Assembly (NCBI GenBank): GCA_036843405.1 | Contig: DAITSJ010000007.1 | Coordinates: forward strand, 45,693-85,692 | Direction of reading: 5' to 3' | Origin: Porticoccaceae bacterium | GTDB taxonomy: Bacteria > Pseudomonadota > Gammaproteobacteria > Pseudomonadales > Porticoccaceae | Length of the DNA: 40,000 nt | Program-made: the position numbers and the translations under genes | In this document: piece by piece, positions 25,731-33,719 of the stretch | Position numbering within the stretch: the stretch's first letter is position 1 | How the letters are laid out: the number at the start of each line of letters is the position of its first letter | Notes under the pieces: model-generated | Told to the model about the DNA's origin: nothing | What the model saw: the letters and a program-made list of their open reading frames with translations, nothing else | Database searches by the model: none

Positions 25731-27211
25731 AACCTCGGCAGTTCCGGAAAGGGCACATTGCCCTTATGGACATGCATGGCGCCATATTCGGCGCAGCGGT
25801 GCAGGCTGGGAATGCCCTTGCCCGGGTTGAGCAGGCCGGCCGGGTCCAGGGCGTTCTTGACGGCGCGGAAGGCGTCCAGGGCATCCTCGCTGTACTGGAC
25901 GCACATCTGGTCGATCTTCTCGGCACCCACGCCGTGCTCGCCGGTAATGGAACCGCCGAACTGCACCGACCGTTCGAGTATTTCGGCGCCGAATGCCTCG
26001 GCCCGTTCCAGTTCCCCGGGCTTGTTGGCATCGAACATGATCAGGGGATGCAGGTTGCCGTCGCCGGCGTGAAAGACGTTGGCGCAGCGCAGGTTGTATT
26101 TTTCCTCCATGGCGTTAATGGCGGTGAGCATTTCCCCCAGATGTTTGCGCGGAATAGTGCCGTCCATGCAGTAGTAGTCCGGGGAAATACGCCCGATGGC
26201 GGGGAAGGCGGCCTTGCGGCCCGCCCAGTACAACAGCCGCTCCTGCTCGTTGCCCGACACTTTCAGGGAGGTGGCGCCGTTTTCTTCCAGCACCGTACGG
26301 ATACGGGCAATTTCCTCGGCCACCTCTTCCTCGGTGCCGTCGGATTCCGCCAGCAGAATGGCGGCGGCCTCCAGGTCGTAGCCGGCGTTCACAAAGGGCT
26401 CAACGGCGGCGGTGGCGGCCTTGTCCATCATTTCCAGCCCCGCCGGGATAATGCCCGCGGCGATGATCGCCGCCACGGCATTGCCGGCCTTGTTGACATC
26501 GTCAAACGAGGCCATCACCACCTGGGCGCAGGGGGGCGTGGGCGTCAGGTTGACGGTCACCTCGGTGACAACCCCGAGCAGGCCCTCTGAGCCGATGCTC
26601 AGGGCCAGCAGATCCAGCCCGGGAGATTCCGGGGCGGTACCGCCCAGGGCCACCGGCGTGCCATCCGCCAGGATCATGCGCACGGACAGGACATTGTGGA
26701 CCGTGAGGCCGTACTTGAGGCAGTGCACACCGCCGGAGTTCTCGGCGACGTTGCCGCCGATGGTGCAGGCAATCTGGGAGGAGGGATCGGGTGCGTAGTA
26801 GAGCCCGTGGGGCGCGGCGGCCTCGGAGATGGCCAGGTTGCGCACGCCCGGCTGAACCACCGCGAGGCGCTGTTCCGGGTCGAGGGACAGGATATCTTTC
26901 ATCCTGGCCAGGGATACCACCACGCCCTGGGCATGGGGCAGCGCACCGCCGGACAGTCCCGTGCCGGCGCCCCGTGGCACCATGGGCACGCCCAGCCGAT
27001 GGCAGGTGCGCAGGACAGCAATAACCTGTTCCTCGTTCTCGGGCAGGACCACGGCCAGCGGCAGTTCGCAGTAGGCCGAGAGCCCGTCGCATTCATAGGG
27101 GCGAAGGTCCTCGACATCGCTCAGGACGCAATGGCGGGGAAGCCGGCGATAAAGCTCGGCAATCAGAGGTTCGCGATCAACCTCGAAGGCGGCATCGTTG
27201 ATAAATGACAT
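25727..27211 (-). CDS. glcD: Glycolate oxidase subunit GlcD (FAD-linked oxidase)
   Basis: 494 aa. PRGAGTGLSGGALP FAD-binding motif and full-length GlcD-like sequence. Confidence 0.92.
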   Translation of the reverse strand: MSFINDAAFEVDREPLIAELYRRLPRHCVLSDVEDLRPYECDGLSAYCELPLAVVLPENEEQVIAVLRTCHRLGVPMVPRGAGTGLSGGALPHAQGVVVSLARMKDILSLDPEQRLAVVQPGVRNLAISEAAAPHGLYYAPDPSSQIACTIGGNVAENSGGVHCLKYGLTVHNVLSVRMILADGTPVALGGTAPESPGLDLLALSIGSEGLLGVVTEVTVNLTPTPPCAQVVMASFDDVNKAGNAVAAIIAAGIIPAGLEMMDKAATAAVEPFVNAGYDLEAAAILLAESDGTEEEVAEEIARIRTVLEENGATSLKVSGNEQERLLYWAGRKAAFPAIGRISPDYYCMDGTIPRKHLGEMLTAINAMEEKYNLRCANVFHAGDGNLHPLIMFDANKPGELERAEAFGAEILERSVQFGGSITGEHGVGAEKIDQMCVQYSEDALDAFRAVKNALDPAGLLNPGKGIPSLHRCAEYGAMHVHKGNVPFPELPRF

Positions 27212-27265
27212 GGGTTCTCTGTGGTCACGCCCCGTCCGGGCTCCGGGGCCGGCTGCAATTAAAAA

Positions 27266-27297
27266 AACTGACTAACTGACAGTTATTTACTTTGCAA
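27266..27297 (+). promoter_or_regulatory. Candidate TetR operator / shared promoter motif upstream of the TetR gene
   Basis: AACTGACtAACTGACAGTTATTTACTTTGCAA. It contains the perfect 13-bp palindrome TAACTGACAGTTA (27273-27285). Related motifs lie at 34836-34861 and 33578-33611 (minus orientation). Confidence 0.35.
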
Positions 27298-27455
27298 TAT
27301 TTCCGCTTTTGGGTCAAGATTAATCCCAATCTTCGAGGCGCTCGGGGGGGAAGCGCGATACCCGCCGCGCCCTCTCCCGTGATAAAGGCCGCAGGGGATG
27401 GGTTCCTCTGAACAAGCGACGTCGTGTTAATCATTTTCCTTTATAAGTTGCAGCG

Positions 27456-28136
27456 ATGAACGAAAAAATAGTCAATCCGAGCCTGCAGGTTACCAGCAAC
27501 AAACAGGGCCAGGCCCTGGGGCGCAAGGGCATGGCCACGCGCAAGCGCCTGATGGACGCCGCCGAGCGCCTGCTCAAGAAGAAGTCTCCCGTTGAGCTCA
27601 CCGCGGTCGCGGTCGCCAAGGAGGCCGGCACTTCCTCCGCCACATTCTATATGTATTTCGACGATATTCGCGACATCCTTTTCTCCCTCAGCGAGCTGGC
27701 CGGCAGCGAGCTGGAGGAGGCCATGGCCGAAATCGACAGGCCGTGGCTGGGCACCGATTACGAGGAGCAGGCCCTGGAGCTGGTGGAGGTTTATTTCCGG
27801 GTCTGGCAGAAGCACCGGGAAGTCCTTCGCTTCCGGAACCTGGAGGCGGATCGCGGTGACAAGACTTTCGACAAGTTGCGCATGGACGCCTATATCCCCG
27901 AGCTCGATTTTCTGGCCAACCGGATCCTCGAAGCTGCCGGCAGCAAGAGCGACATGTCCCGGGGCGATGCCTACAGTCTGGCCAGTGTCCTTCACTCCGG
28001 CCTGGAAAAGCTGGCCTCCCTCAATCCCGGCATTGTCCGCAAGGGCGTGGGGCTGAAACGGCTCAAGGCCGCCCAGGCACGGGTGATCGCCAAAACCATC
28101 GAGAGCTGCCATAAGTGGGGGAGATTGCCCCGCTAG
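27456..28136 (+). CDS. TetR/AcrR family transcriptional regulator
   Basis: 226 aa. N-terminal HTH region RKRLMDAAERLLKKKSPVELTAVAVAKEAGTSSATFYMYF. Confidence 0.85.
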   Translation: MNEKIVNPSLQVTSNKQGQALGRKGMATRKRLMDAAERLLKKKSPVELTAVAVAKEAGTSSATFYMYFDDIRDILFSLSELAGSELEEAMAEIDRPWLGTDYEEQALELVEVYFRVWQKHREVLRFRNLEADRGDKTFDKLRMDAYIPELDFLANRILEAAGSKSDMSRGDAYSLASVLHSGLEKLASLNPGIVRKGVGLKRLKAAQARVIAKTIESCHKWGRLPR

Positions 28137-28249
28137 GCACGGCAATCACTGCCCAATATTCCAACCTTGCGACGTCCCCTCGCGGCGCATAATTGTTAAA
28201 GTGTCAGCTATAGATTTGTGTCTTCCCCAACTGTCAGGAGAGCCCAGCC

Positions 28250-29047
28250 ATGCAGGAATTTCTTCGCTACGAACAGGACGGCGCTGTCGTCACCCTGACC
28301 ATGAACCAGCCGGAAGTGCGCAACGCGCTGACCGGCAACACGGCAGTGGATGAGTTTGTCGCGGCCTGCGAACGCATCACCGCCGACCAGTCGGTGCGGG
28401 TGGTCATCCTTACCGGCGCCGATCCCGTGTTCAGCGCCGGCGGTAACGTCAAGGCCATGGCCCGGTATTTCGAGGAGGACATGGACCCGGCAGCGATCCG
28501 CCACGAATACCGCACCGGTATCCAGCGCCTGGCGCTGGCGGTCTTCGATCTGGAGGTGCCGGTGATCGCCGCGGTCAACGGGGCCGCCATTGGCGCCGGC
28601 AACGACTTGGCCTGCATGTGCGATATCCGTATCGCCTCGGAAAAAGCCAGTTTCGCCGAGAGTTTCGTCAAGCTCGGCATTGTCCCGGGCGACGGCGGCG
28701 CCTGGCTGCTGCCCCGGGCGGTGGGTATGTCGAAAGCGGCGGAAATGGCCTTTACCGGCGACAGGCTCAGTGCCGGGGAAGCCCTGGAATGCGGATTGGT
28801 ATCCCGGGTGGTGCCCCACGGGGAACTGCTGCCCGCGGCCGGGGAACTGGCCGGGCGCATCGCCTGCAATCCCGGCCAGGCCCTGCGCATGGCCAAGCGG
28901 TTGCTGCGGGAAGGCCAGACCTCCACCTACGCTTCCCTGCTGGAAACCTCGGCGGCGTTCCAGTCCGTGGCCCACAAATCCGAGCAGCACCGGGAGGCGG
29001 TAACGGCCTTTGTCGAGAAGCGTAAACCGGTGTTCAAGGACGCATAG
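28250..29047 (+). CDS. Enoyl-CoA hydratase/isomerase (crotonase) family protein
   Basis: 265 aa. VVTLTMNQPEVRNAL...VVILTGADPVFSAGGNVK...AAVNGAAIGAGNDLACMCDIRIA. Confidence 0.88.
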   Translation: MQEFLRYEQDGAVVTLTMNQPEVRNALTGNTAVDEFVAACERITADQSVRVVILTGADPVFSAGGNVKAMARYFEEDMDPAAIRHEYRTGIQRLALAVFDLEVPVIAAVNGAAIGAGNDLACMCDIRIASEKASFAESFVKLGIVPGDGGAWLLPRAVGMSKAAEMAFTGDRLSAGEALECGLVSRVVPHGELLPAAGELAGRIACNPGQALRMAKRLLREGQTSTYASLLETSAAFQSVAHKSEQHREAVTAFVEKRKPVFKDA

Positions 29048-29058
29048 GGCGTACTGCT

Positions 29059-29260
29059 ATTAACCCGGCACGAATTAATGCCGGGTTAATAGGCGGTACA
29101 GGGATGTGCCCCCATTGGCCGCAGGCCAATGCAAGCCCCGAAAATACAAGGAAATTCACATATTTTCGCCGGTATTTTCGGGGCGCGCACTCAAATAGAT
29201 AGGGATATCTATTTGAGTGCCAGGTTAATAGCCCGGCACGAATTATTGTCGGGTTGATAA
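29059..29260. repeat. Composite structured REP/MITE-like element: five hairpins bracketed by two copies of the same palindrome
   Basis: A: 29059-29090, ATTAACCCGGCA/TGCCGGGTTAAT, 12-bp stem. B: 29113-29131, 8-bp stem. C: 29136-29183, CCCCGAAAATAC/GTATTTTCGGGG. D: 29187-29220, GCACTCAAATAGATA/TATCTATTTGAGTGC, 15-bp perfect stem. A': 29225-29260, a degenerate copy of A. The inner part recurs at 18108-18183. Confidence 0.6.
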
Positions 29261-29264
29261 ATTA

Positions 29265-29301
29265 AACAATAAAAAAAGCTTCATTAACCGGATGAGGCTT
29301 T
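29265..29301 (-). terminator. Probable intrinsic terminator of the SDR-ACAD-ACAD-epoxide hydrolase operon
   Basis: Minus-strand RNA reads AAAGCCUCAU-CCGGUUA-AUGAAGCUUU followed by UUUUAUUGUUU. The 10-bp stem has one C/A mismatch. Lies about 64 nt after the stop. Confidence 0.4.
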
Positions 29302-29364
29302 GTTAACAATAGCCTTGGCAGTTCACCTTTCGGAATCAAGATTCCTCGCTGCGCCTGTTCCTGC

Positions 29365-30507
29365 CTACCAGTTGAGCTCCCGCCCCCACTCGCGCAGGTC
29401 CTGAACAAAGAGATCCGGTTCCTGCATGGCGGCGAAGTGTCCGCCCCGGGGCATGGGCGTATAGCGGGTGAGGTTATAGGCCAACTCCACCCGGCTGAGG
29501 GGTGCGGCCGGCATGAGGGCATCCCCCGGGAAGGCCGCATAGGCCGTGGGCGTTTCGCAGCGCTGTCCTTCCGGCAAAATGCCGAGACCGTCCTCGACCA
29601 CGCCCCGGTAGAAACCCAGGGAGCTGGAGAAGCTGTCGGTCATCAGGTAGATCATCGCGTTGGTGATCAGGTCGTCCAGGCCAAACACTTCCTCCAGGTC
29701 CCTGCCGTTCATGTCGGTCCAGTCGTGGAAGCGTTCGAGCATCCAGGCCGCCTGGCCCAGAGGGTTGCCGGCGGTGGCCCAGACCAGTGAGTGGGGTCTT
29801 GTCATATGCAGGTGGCTGTAGGCGCCCAGCTGCTGCTGGGCCGCCTGGCTGGCCTCCAGCCATTCGGTTTCTTCCCGGTTGGCGGGTTCGGCCAGGCTGC
29901 GGAAGGCCAGCATATTGAGGTGGATCCCCGCCAGGTTGTCGCCATGATCCAGGCCCAGCCAGGAGGTGACAATCGCCCCGAAGTCGCCACCCTGGGCGGC
30001 GTAGCGCCTGTAACCCAGGTGGTCGGTCATCAGGCTGTTCCAGAGTTCTGCCGTTTCCCGCTGGCCCATGGGGCCATGGGGTTTGCCGGAAAAACCGTAG
30101 CCGGGCAGGCTCGGGATTACCAGATCAAAGGCATCCTCCGGCCTGCTGCCGTGGCGGGAGGGGTAGGCCAGGGGCTCGATCACCTTCCAGAATTCGTGGT
30201 GGGAGCCCGGCCAGCCGTGGCTGATCAGCAGGGGCTTGCGGCCCCGGGCCTCGCCCGCCACATGGACAAAATGGATGGGCAGGTCGCCGACGACGGCGGT
30301 GTACTGGGGATGGCGGTTCAGGGATTCGGCGGCGGCCTGCCAGTCGTAGGCCGTCACCCAGTGGTTCTGGATTCTCGCCAGAAATGTCCTGTCGCAACCC
30401 AATGACCAGTCCGCGGTGGCCGGCGTCTCCGGCAGGGGGCAGGCTTCGATGCGTTCCAGCAACTGCCGGACATCCGCTTCGCCCCATTGCACGCGGAAGG
30501 GTGTCAT
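29365..30507 (-). CDS. Epoxide hydrolase (microsomal-EH N-terminal domain + alpha/beta hydrolase)
   Basis: 380 aa. IHFVHVAGEARGRKPLLISHGWPGSHHEFWKVIEPL (HGWP oxyanion motif) and the nucleophile region AAQGGDFGA. Confidence 0.88.
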   Translation of the reverse strand: MTPFRVQWGEADVRQLLERIEACPLPETPATADWSLGCDRTFLARIQNHWVTAYDWQAAAESLNRHPQYTAVVGDLPIHFVHVAGEARGRKPLLISHGWPGSHHEFWKVIEPLAYPSRHGSRPEDAFDLVIPSLPGYGFSGKPHGPMGQRETAELWNSLMTDHLGYRRYAAQGGDFGAIVTSWLGLDHGDNLAGIHLNMLAFRSLAEPANREETEWLEASQAAQQQLGAYSHLHMTRPHSLVWATAGNPLGQAAWMLERFHDWTDMNGRDLEEVFGLDDLITNAMIYLMTDSFSSSLGFYRGVVEDGLGILPEGQRCETPTAYAAFPGDALMPAAPLSRVELAYNLTRYTPMPRGGHFAAMQEPDLFVQDLREWGRELNW

Positions 30508-31577
30508 GAATCTTCTCCGTCAGCGGTTGCCGGCGCGGTGATATGGGGCCACAGCTTCTCGCCACCGGCGGCCAGAACTTCCCGTCCCAGGCGCTCGGCC
30601 CACCAGTTTTCGCTGCCGCCCTCGCTGCGCCACTGCCACAGGCGGCGGCTGTAGTAGTGGAGGATGTGTTCGTCGGTGAAACCGATGGCGCCGAAAACCT
30701 GGTGAGCCGCCTCGGCGCCTCGGGTCGCGGCGGGGCCGGTCCGGGCCTTGGCCACGGTGGCGCCCTGGATCGCACGGTTCCTGTCCACCTGGCGGCAGGC
30801 ATAGAGACCCGCCACCCGGGCGGCGGCGGCCTGGGACGCCATTTCGGCAATCATATGCTGGACGGCCTGGAACTTGCCGATGGGCCGGCCGAACTGCTCA
30901 CGGTCGTTGCCGTATTCGACGCAGAGACTCAGCAGCCGATCCAGCAGGCCCGCCATCTGCACTGTGCGCAGGGTGGCAATATGGGGCAACAGGCCCAGTT
31001 CACCCACAAGGTCACCGATCTCGGCGAAATCGATCGGGGTTGCCTTGTGGCACTGGACCCGGCTCGATGGAATCCGGGCCAGGGTGTCCACGGCCGACAG
31101 CTCGAGAGACTGCCGGTCCATGAGGCAGAGATGGGTGGACTGGTTTTGTCGCGCCACCACCAGCAGGTAATCGCATTGCGAAAGCCAGGGCACCAGCGAT
31201 GCCGACCCGGATACCCGGCCGCCTTCATCCAGGGCCATGATCTCTTCGGCCAGGGCCACCGGGCCGTCGGGGATTTCCAGGCCCGCCCGTCCCAGGGCCC
31301 AGGCGGCGATCATGGTCTCCCCCAGGGGTACCGGTGCGGCCCACTCGCCGGCGGTGCGCAGGGCCGGTTCCGCTTCCTCCCAGGTCAGGCCGACGCCGCC
31401 GGCTTCCTCGGGAGCCAGCGCCAGGCGCACACCGATTTCCTCCAGGGCATCCCACAGGGCCCTGTCGAACCGGCCCTGTTCGACCGCGACAATCCGCTCC
31501 CGGTCCACTTCCCGGCTGAATAGCCGCTCCAGCTGTTCGGCGAGTAATTCGCCGATGGTCGTTTCTTCCGTACTCAT
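30504..31577 (-). CDS. Acyl-CoA dehydrogenase family protein, short (beta-like) subunit
   Basis: 357 aa with ACAD C-terminal helices (...AAHQVFGAIGFTDEH...SEGGSENWW...). I cannot find the usual TEPxxGSD FAD-contact motif. Its ATG overlaps the upstream stop and its stop overlaps the EH start (both ATGA). Confidence 0.75.
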   Translation of the reverse strand: MSTEETTIGELLAEQLERLFSREVDRERIVAVEQGRFDRALWDALEEIGVRLALAPEEAGGVGLTWEEAEPALRTAGEWAAPVPLGETMIAAWALGRAGLEIPDGPVALAEEIMALDEGGRVSGSASLVPWLSQCDYLLVVARQNQSTHLCLMDRQSLELSAVDTLARIPSSRVQCHKATPIDFAEIGDLVGELGLLPHIATLRTVQMAGLLDRLLSLCVEYGNDREQFGRPIGKFQAVQHMIAEMASQAAAARVAGLYACRQVDRNRAIQGATVAKARTGPAATRGAEAAHQVFGAIGFTDEHILHYYSRRLWQWRSEGGSENWWAERLGREVLAAGGEKLWPHITAPATADGEDS

Positions 31578-32734
31578 CGTAATCCCAGCCCCTTGGCGAT
31601 AATACCGCGGAGAATTTCCCGTGTGCCGCCACGCAGCGAGTAGGAGGGGACGTTCTGGGTCAGAATGCCCTCCAGTTCGCTGAGCCGGTTACCCTGCTCA
31701 ATGGTGGCGGGCAGGTCGAGCAGGTCCCTGGCAAGGTTGGGGATCTGTTGCTCGTGACTGTTGCCCAGGTCCTTGACCAGCGCCGCTTCCCGGGCGGGCG
31801 TTTTACCCTCGGCCAACTGGCCCAGCACCGACAGGGACATTTCCCGCAGAATCACCAGGTCTGCCACCGTGGCGCCGATCTCGCGGGCGGCCAGTCGATC
31901 GGGCGACCCCCGCTTGTTGATGGCGTCGACCAGTTCGGGCAGAACCGGAAAACAGCTCATAAAGCGGTCCGGCTGACTGCGTTCGAAGGCCAGCTCCGAG
32001 GTGGCCTGCTTCCAGCCGTTGCCTTCCTCGCCGACCAGCATGTCATCGGGAACAAAGGCCTCGTCGAAGAACACCTCGTTAAAATGATTTTCGCCGGTCA
32101 GGTCGCGAATGGGACGGACCTCGATGCCGGGCGTTTTCATGTCGATCAGAAACTGGGACAACCCCTCGTGCTTGACCTTGGTGTCGCCCCCGCCGGTGCG
32201 GAACAGGCCGATCATGTAGTCGCACAAATGGGCGTTGGTGGTCCAGATCTTGGTGCCGGTCAGCAGCCAGCCGCCGTCGGTCCGTACCGCCTTGGCACGG
32301 ATGGAGGCCAGGTCGGAGCCGGAATTGGGTTCGCTCAGGCCGATGCAGAAGGAGGCCTCCCCCCGGGCGATGGCCGGCAAAAAGCGCCGGCGCTGCTCCT
32401 CGGTGCCCAGCCGCAGCAGCAGGGGGCCGCTCTGGCGGTCGCCGAACCAGTGGGCACCCAGGGGCGCACCGGCGGCGAGCATTTCCTCCACCACCACGTG
32501 GCGCTCCAGGTGAGAACGCTCGCCACCGCCGTATTGCGTCGGCCAGGTCATGCCGATCCAGCTCTTGTCGGCGACGGCGCGGCTGAAATCCTTGTCGAAC
32601 CCGGTCCAGGAGTGGCCCACTTTCCAGCCCGACCAGTCCCGGCCTGCCTCCCGGAGGAATTCCCGCACCTGCTCGCGCAGGGGTTCGAGCTCCGGAGGGA
32701 TTTCCAGGGGTTTGAACGTAAATGGCGAGGACAT
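31574..32734 (-). CDS. Acyl-CoA dehydrogenase family protein, long (alpha-like) subunit
   Basis: 386 aa. CIGLSEPNSGSDLASI and GTKIWTTNA motifs. C-terminal RGGTREILRGIIAK. Confidence 0.85.
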   Translation of the reverse strand: MSSPFTFKPLEIPPELEPLREQVREFLREAGRDWSGWKVGHSWTGFDKDFSRAVADKSWIGMTWPTQYGGGERSHLERHVVVEEMLAAGAPLGAHWFGDRQSGPLLLRLGTEEQRRRFLPAIARGEASFCIGLSEPNSGSDLASIRAKAVRTDGGWLLTGTKIWTTNAHLCDYMIGLFRTGGGDTKVKHEGLSQFLIDMKTPGIEVRPIRDLTGENHFNEVFFDEAFVPDDMLVGEEGNGWKQATSELAFERSQPDRFMSCFPVLPELVDAINKRGSPDRLAAREIGATVADLVILREMSLSVLGQLAEGKTPAREAALVKDLGNSHEQQIPNLARDLLDLPATIEQGNRLSELEGILTQNVPSYSLRGGTREILRGIIAKGLGLR

Positions 32735-32791
32735 CGCTTTTCCTTATCTGGTTAAAACACGGCTTGGTTAAACGCGGCTCAGCTTAGCCGC

Positions 32792-33562
32792 CTACATGGC
32801 GATCGTGTACCCGCCGTTAACGGAGAGAACCTGGCCGGTAATGTAGGAAGCCCCTTCGGAGAGCAGGAAGCACACCGGCACAGACACCTCTTCCGGCGTG
32901 GAAAAGCGGCCCATGGCGATCTGCTCGAGGTACTTGTCCCGGAAGCGATCGCTGCGGGCGGTTTCGGTCATGGCGGTTTCCACCAGGCCGAAGCACACGG
33001 CGTTGGCGCGGATACCGAATTTCGCCCACTCACGCGCCGCGGTCATGGTCATGCCGAACATGCCCGATTTGGCGGCGGCGTAGTTGATCTGCCCCAGGCT
33101 GCCCCGGCGACCGGCATCCGAGGAGATAAAGACCATGGCGCCGGGGGCGCTTTCGCCGGCTTTTGCCCGTTCGAGCATGTGGCGGCCCACGGCCTGGGTG
33201 AAATAAAATGAACCGTTCAGGTGCACGTTCATCACCTGTTGCCATTCCTCGGCGGTCATCTTGTGGATCATTGCCGGCCGGCCAATGCCGGCGTTGTTGA
33301 CCAGGCCGTGCACCGCACCGAACCTTTCCACGGCGGCATCGACCGCCCGGCCGGCCAGGGATTCTTCGGCGACGTTGCCGGCAACGGGCAGAAAATCGGC
33401 GCCGTGTTTTTCGGCGATATTGTTCAGGTTGTCCTCGTTGAGGTCCACGCCGACCACCCGGGCGCCGAGTTCCATGGCCAGTTCGCTGATGGCCAGGCCG
33501 ATTCCCTGGCCCGCGCCGGTGACGATGAGGGTGCGTCCTTCTAGGGACATGGGGTTTTTCAT
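32792..33562 (-). CDS. SDR family oxidoreductase (3-oxoacyl/3-hydroxyacyl reductase-like)
   Basis: TGAGQGIG Rossmann motif, NNAG, and a YAAAK catalytic Tyr/Lys. Start chosen at the ATG 33560-33562 (MKNPMSLEG); the ATG at 33548-33550 is also possible. The 33601 start would lie upstream of the predicted promoter -10. Confidence 0.85.
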   Translation of the reverse strand: MKNPMSLEGRTLIVTGAGQGIGLAISELAMELGARVVGVDLNEDNLNNIAEKHGADFLPVAGNVAEESLAGRAVDAAVERFGAVHGLVNNAGIGRPAMIHKMTAEEWQQVMNVHLNGSFYFTQAVGRHMLERAKAGESAPGAMVFISSDAGRRGSLGQINYAAAKSGMFGMTMTAAREWAKFGIRANAVCFGLVETAMTETARSDRFRDKYLEQIAMGRFSTPEEVSVPVCFLLSEGASYITGQVLSVNGGYTIAM

Positions 33563-33577
33563 AACGGGGAGCCCTGG

Positions 33578-33625
33578 TTGCTTTTTGAAGATAACTATCA
33601 TAGTGTCAGTTTTTGTTCCTGTGAA
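33578..33625 (-). promoter_or_regulatory. Candidate sigma70 promoter of the SDR operon with an embedded AACTGAC..AGTTAT motif
   Basis: Minus strand: TTCACA (33620-33625), a 17-nt spacer containing AACTGAC, TATGAT (33597-33602), then AGTTAT and GCAA. It has the same motif order as at 27266-27297. Confidence 0.35.
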
Positions 33626-33696
33626 GGGGCAGCGCGGTCGAGGGCCCTCCCGGGTCGCGAGTATCGGGGTGTGGCATCGGCGTCATTGGGAAGAGG

Positions 33697-33718
33697 GGTG
33701 AGAGTCAGGTGAGAGTCA
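33697..33718 (+). repeat. Perfect 2 x 11-bp tandem duplication GGTGAGAGTCA immediately upstream of the LLM start codon
   Basis: GGTGAGAGTCAGGTGAGAGTCAtATG. It duplicates the purine-rich SD-like GAGAG. Confidence 0.8.
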
Positions 33719-33719
33719 T

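Noticed and set aside
29059-29090. Perfect 12-bp hairpin right after the crotonase stop, considered as an intrinsic terminator
   Set aside because: No U-tract follows it on the plus strand. A degenerate second copy 166 bp downstream, plus related 12-mers, indicate it is part of a repeat element instead.
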